From the NCBI GenBank assembly GCA_029856105.1, contig JAHQWH010000014.1:1-10594 (forward strand): 10,594 nucleotides of DNA, given 5' to 3'. The notes under the pieces are model-generated. The model made no database searches. It was given only the letters and a program-made list of their open reading frames with translations, and was not told where the DNA came from. This DNA is from Promethearchaeia archaeon. GTDB lineage: Archaea > Asgardarchaeota > Lokiarchaeia > Sigyniarchaeales > SOKP01. Of the stretch, positions 7,522 through 10,594 are shown piece by piece (position 1 is the first letter of the stretch; each line of letters opens with the position of its first letter). Both the position numbers and the translations under genes were made by a program.

Positions 7522-7537
7522 AAATAAAATTTTAAAA

Positions 7538-8482
7538 ATGGAGCAATCTAATTCTTTAGGATTAATGAATGATGAATTATTAAGATTTTTAGAAGAAGAA
7601 TTTAAAATTAGCAAGATTAACCGTCTTCCAGAGAAATATGGGGGTGGAAATATTTTTTCTCATCCATTAGTAGGCGTTGCTCAAGGAAATGATCCCATTT
7701 TTCATAAGTTTAAAAAAATTATAGGTCAGAAACATTTAACACCTCTAGAAATGTGGATAGCAAGTGGTCAAGATCAATTGTCAGCGTCGGACCTTTATGT
7801 AGTATCAGTAGTGTTTCCTTTTGTTGATAAGATTCGTAAGGAAAATAATAACCCAATTGTATTATCTAAAATAACATTGCCAGCTGAAATCTATTCCGTT
7901 GCTAGAAATTATGGCAATGAATTCAAAAGGTATATAATAAAGCAAACAATTAATTTCTTTAAAGAAAAAAGCTATATTGCTATATCTGGAATGTTTAGTG
8001 ATTCTTATTCTATTGTTTTAAAAGGAGGATATTATTCTACTTGGTCTGAAAGATATATCGCTTTTGCTGCGGGATTAGGAACCTTCAGTTTGCACGAAGG
8101 ACTTATCACTGAAGTAGGATGTAATATTCGATTAGCCTCCGTGGTTACTAATGCCCCAATCAAAATTTCTCGAAGAAAGAGTGATGAACCTTACGCTAAT
8201 TGTTTATATTATGCAAAAGGAATTTGCAAAGAATGCATAAACAAGTGCCCTGCAAATGCGATTACAGTAAAAGGACATAATAAAGTAAAATGTAACAAAT
8301 ATCGTATGAAGGTTGCAAGAAAAATGGTACCGCGTCTTGGTTCAATTCTGAAGCCTGATTCCCGCCGTATTAACTGGAAATTAAAAGAAGATATTTTCCT
8401 TGTAGGTTGTGAATTTTGCCAATTTGGGGTTCCATGTACGGAAAAAAACCCTATGCTAAGTCATGATATGGATTATTTTTGA
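7538..8482 (+). CDS. Epoxyqueuosine reductase (QueG)/reductive dehalogenase-like iron-sulfur protein, probably cobalamin-dependent
   Basis: WSERYIAFAAGLGTFSLHEGLITEVGCNIRLASVVT core motif; C-x7-CKECINKCP; a downstream Cys (KVKC) and GCEFCQFGVPC forming the second cluster; N-terminal VGVAQGNDPIF. No Tat signal. Confidence 0.85.
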   Translation: MEQSNSLGLMNDELLRFLEEEFKISKINRLPEKYGGGNIFSHPLVGVAQGNDPIFHKFKKIIGQKHLTPLEMWIASGQDQLSASDLYVVSVVFPFVDKIRKENNNPIVLSKITLPAEIYSVARNYGNEFKRYIIKQTINFFKEKSYIAISGMFSDSYSIVLKGGYYSTWSERYIAFAAGLGTFSLHEGLITEVGCNIRLASVVTNAPIKISRRKSDEPYANCLYYAKGICKECINKCPANAITVKGHNKVKCNKYRMKVARKMVPRLGSILKPDSRRINWKLKEDIFLVGCEFCQFGVPCTEKNPMLSHDMDYF

Positions 8483-8590
8483 ATCCATAAACTTCTATTC
8501 GCTTTTAAAAGTCAAGAAGATAGATTTTTGTTGTACCACAATTCTTTTTTTAGTTTTTTATACATTTTCTAAAAAAAATCGCTAGTTAAT

Positions 8591-8608
8591 AAGTAAATTT
8601 ATAAATTT
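8591..8608 (+). promoter_or_regulatory. BRE/TATA promoter of glnA
   Basis: AAGTAAA-TTTATAAA (TATA at 8598-8605) is a near-consensus archaeal promoter 75 nt upstream of the ATG. Confidence 0.6.
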
Positions 8609-8632
8609 CATATCACATTTTTATTTAAAAAC

Positions 8633-8646
8633 TGGAATAATTTCCA
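8633..8646. promoter_or_regulatory. Inverted repeat TGGAA-TAAT-TTCCA, candidate operator of glnA
   Basis: Perfect 5-bp arms containing G/C in a very AT-rich intergenic region, just downstream of the predicted transcription start. Confidence 0.45.
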
Positions 8647-8680
8647 TTATCAAAACTTAAAAGAATGATTGATGTAAAAA

Positions 8681-10039
8681 ATGATTGAAAAGGAAGATCC
8701 GAAGAGGAAAGGGTTATGTGAAACGGTAATCGAGAAGGTTAAAGAGGAAGATATTAAATTTATATACCTTCAATTTACCGATATTCAAGGTATTATTAAG
8801 TCATTTGAGATAAATTCGAAAAGGATCGAAGAATTTTTTGATATAGGCGAGAACTTTGATGGGAGTTCAATAACGGGTTATGGAGCCATAGAGGAGTCTG
8901 ATAAAGTCGCACTTCCAGATCCCAGCACATTTAACGTCATTCCTTGGAGAAACGACAACAGAAAGGTTGCTCGCGTTTTTTGCGACATATATAATCCTGA
9001 TGATACGAGATATGATGGTGATCCTCGCTTTATTCTTCAAAAAGCCGTTAAGAAGGCGGAAGAACACGGATTCATATTTTATTGCGCACCAGAAATGGAA
9101 TTTTTTATGTTAGAACAACAATCACTAGAGGCAGCGTTTAAGCCGTCAGATATGAGGGGTTATTTCGATTACGATCCGTACGATCTTAATGAAAAAATGA
9201 GATATACGATTGCTGAATATTGCGACGCTTTTGGAATTGAGATCGAGTGTTTACACCACGAAGTTGCATTGGGACAACACGAAATCGATTTTCGCTATGG
9301 TAAAGCAGTAGAAACTGCTGACAATACGAATACGATTAAAATGATTGTCAAGACAGTCGCAGCAAAGAATAACATGACGGCAACATTTATGCCGAAACCT
9401 TTTGCTGGCATTAATGGTTCCGGGATGCACGTCCATCAGAGCCTTTGGAGAAACGGAGAAAACTTATTTTACGATGAATCCGATCCGGCTTTTATTTCTT
9501 ATACTATGAAGAAGTGGATCGCTGGGCAACTTAAACACGCGAAAGCAATGTGTGCGGTTTTAAGCAGTTGGCCTAACTCTTACAAGCGACTTGTACCGGG
9601 TTTTGAAGCGCCAGTTTATATTGCGTGGGGTTTTAGGAACAGATCACCTTTGATAAGAGTACCTGACTTTCACGGTAAAATCACTGCTGCTCGATGCGAG
9701 ATAAGATGTCCAGACCCTGCTGGAAATCCATACTTACAATTTGCCGTCCTTTTATCAGCTGGATTAGACGGAATTTTATCAGACGATATAGAAATTACTG
9801 AACCAACGGATAGAAATGTCTACAATTTGACAACAAAAGAGATGATAAAAGAAGGAATTAACTCTCTACCCGGAAGTTTAAACGAAGCTCTGAATGAATT
9901 TAGAAATTCAGATTTTTTAAAGGAAGTATTTGGAGAAGAACCATTTAAAAACTTCTATTACGCAAAGCTAGAGGAAAACGATGCCTATCGAGTTGTTGTA
10001 AGCGAGTGGGAACGGAATAGATACATTACTCGTCTATAA
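8681..10039 (+). CDS. glnA: Glutamine synthetase type I (GSI-alpha-like)
   Basis: FDGSSI...IEESD, APEMEFF, HHEVALGQHEI, ATFMPKPFAGINGSGMHVHQSL, NSYKRLVPGFEAP (glutamate flap intact), NRSPLIRVP and RCEIRCPDPAGNPYL; 452 aa. Confidence 0.96.
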   Translation: MIEKEDPKRKGLCETVIEKVKEEDIKFIYLQFTDIQGIIKSFEINSKRIEEFFDIGENFDGSSITGYGAIEESDKVALPDPSTFNVIPWRNDNRKVARVFCDIYNPDDTRYDGDPRFILQKAVKKAEEHGFIFYCAPEMEFFMLEQQSLEAAFKPSDMRGYFDYDPYDLNEKMRYTIAEYCDAFGIEIECLHHEVALGQHEIDFRYGKAVETADNTNTIKMIVKTVAAKNNMTATFMPKPFAGINGSGMHVHQSLWRNGENLFYDESDPAFISYTMKKWIAGQLKHAKAMCAVLSSWPNSYKRLVPGFEAPVYIAWGFRNRSPLIRVPDFHGKITAARCEIRCPDPAGNPYLQFAVLLSAGLDGILSDDIEITEPTDRNVYNLTTKEMIKEGINSLPGSLNEALNEFRNSDFLKEVFGEEPFKNFYYAKLEENDAYRVVVSEWERNRYITRL

Positions 10040-10050
10040 TAAGAGAAATC

Positions 10051-10061
10051 TTTTTTTTTTT
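10051..10061 (+). terminator. Oligo-T archaeal-type terminator after glnA
   Basis: T11 run 11 nt after the glnA stop, between convergent genes, with no GC hairpin. Confidence 0.6.
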
Positions 10062-10090
10062 CATTTATTTTCTTCTAAAAGTAGTACTAA

Positions 10091-10594
10091 TTAATTAGGT
10101 TTTGCATTAGATGTTTTTTCGATGAAATCAATGGCTTTTTGAGTAGATTCGTCCAGCACATTAATGTGTTCAGCACCTACTTTCCTCACGAGCTTTTTAT
10201 AATAATTTGGCCATAAACCTTTTATAAAGAAGAGAAATCTCGTTTTTTTACGTTCGCTTATATATAACTTTTTTTTAGCGATTTTTTTGAGATAAATGTT
10301 TACTGCCCGGTCTAACTCGCATCCTCCTTTTGTAAAATCGTTCCAATATTCTTCCTTTCCAAATTCGAAGCCTTTGGCTAATTGCTCTTGACTATATTTA
10401 TTAAGCAAATCGGGAGAAAAACTCATTTTCGCTGTCTCAATTAGATTAGTTTTAATAGGGAACGGACAAATAATAGAAACATCTATTCCTTTATCTTTAA
10501 ATTCTCCGTACAAAGCTTCACAGAATCCAAAATTAGCAAATTTAGAGGTACTGTACGGAATTAATCCACCAGCTCCAATTATTCCCGCAATAGA
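10091..10594 (-). CDS. Short-chain dehydrogenase/reductase (SDR), 5'-truncated by the window edge
   Basis: The frame is open to the window end: SIAGIIGAGGLIPYSTSKFANFGFCEALYGEFKDKGIDVSIICP...IKT, with the catalytic YxxxK (YSTSK). The track's start at 10513 is an internal TTG (Leu). Confidence 0.92.
   Translation of the reverse strand, partial: SIAGIIGAGGLIPYSTSKFANFGFCEALYGEFKDKGIDVSIICPFPIKTNLIETAKMSFSPDLLNKYSQEQLAKGFEFGKEEYWNDFTKGGCELDRAVNIYLKKIAKKKLYISERKKTRFLFFIKGLWPNYYKKLVRKVGAEHINVLDESTQKAIDFIEKTSNAKPN

Noticed and set aside
7538-8482. Assigning the symbol queG or rdhA
   Set aside because: Only superfamily motifs are visible; there is no Tat signal, anchor gene or queuosine-pathway context.
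8867-9436. Two minus-strand ORFs (8867-9067 and 9251-9436)
   Set aside because: Antisense shadows of glnA.
8681-10039. Gamma-glutamyl-polyamine ligase (PuuA-like) instead of true glutamine synthetase
   Set aside because: The ammonium-site motifs (FDGSS, IEESD) and the PGFEAP glutamate flap are intact.
1559-10039. A single amino-sugar-to-glutamine nitrogen-scavenging operon (GH20, ABC transporter, glnA)
   Set aside because: The genes lie on different strands with separate promoters, the ABC system is exporter-type with no substrate-binding protein, and no NagA/NagB gene is present.
1-10594. CRISPR array, tRNA/rRNA, IS element or prophage
   Set aside because: No spaced direct repeats, GC-rich structured segments, transposase or integrase ORFs, or terminal inverted repeats were seen.

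Overview
AT-rich prokaryotic window that looks archaeal: TATA/BRE-like promoters, GTGA-type Shine-Dalgarno motifs, an oligo-T terminator and an archaeal-type Lrp. The many small zinc-ribbon/membrane proteins suggest an Asgard archaeon (Lokiarchaeia-like); this is inference, not a database result. Genes in order: small hypothetical (-), zinc-ribbon + 2-TM protein (-), Lrp/AsnC regulator (-) divergent from a signal-peptide-less GH20 beta-N-acetylhexosaminidase (+), ABC-2 exporter permease and ATPase (-), small Cys4 zinc-finger protein (+), 2-TM/winged-helix/zinc-ribbon protein (-), Cys4 + 2-TM protein (+), EFR1-type flavodoxin-ferredoxin (+), QueG/reductive-dehalogenase-like Fe-S protein (+), type I glutamine synthetase glnA (+), and the 3' part of an SDR oxidoreductase (-). 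No RNA genes, CRISPR or mobile elements were seen. Best leads: (1) a membrane-anchored PCI-like winged-helix/zinc-ribbon protein that appears to start at CTG, within a cluster of zinc-finger proteins; (2) a glnA that keeps its catalytic motifs but seems to lack known allosteric residues, with an NrpR-like palindrome at its predicted transcription start; (3) a GH20 with a HexA-alpha-like YLNH motif; (4) a possible flavodoxin-ferredoxin plus cobalamin-reductase module.
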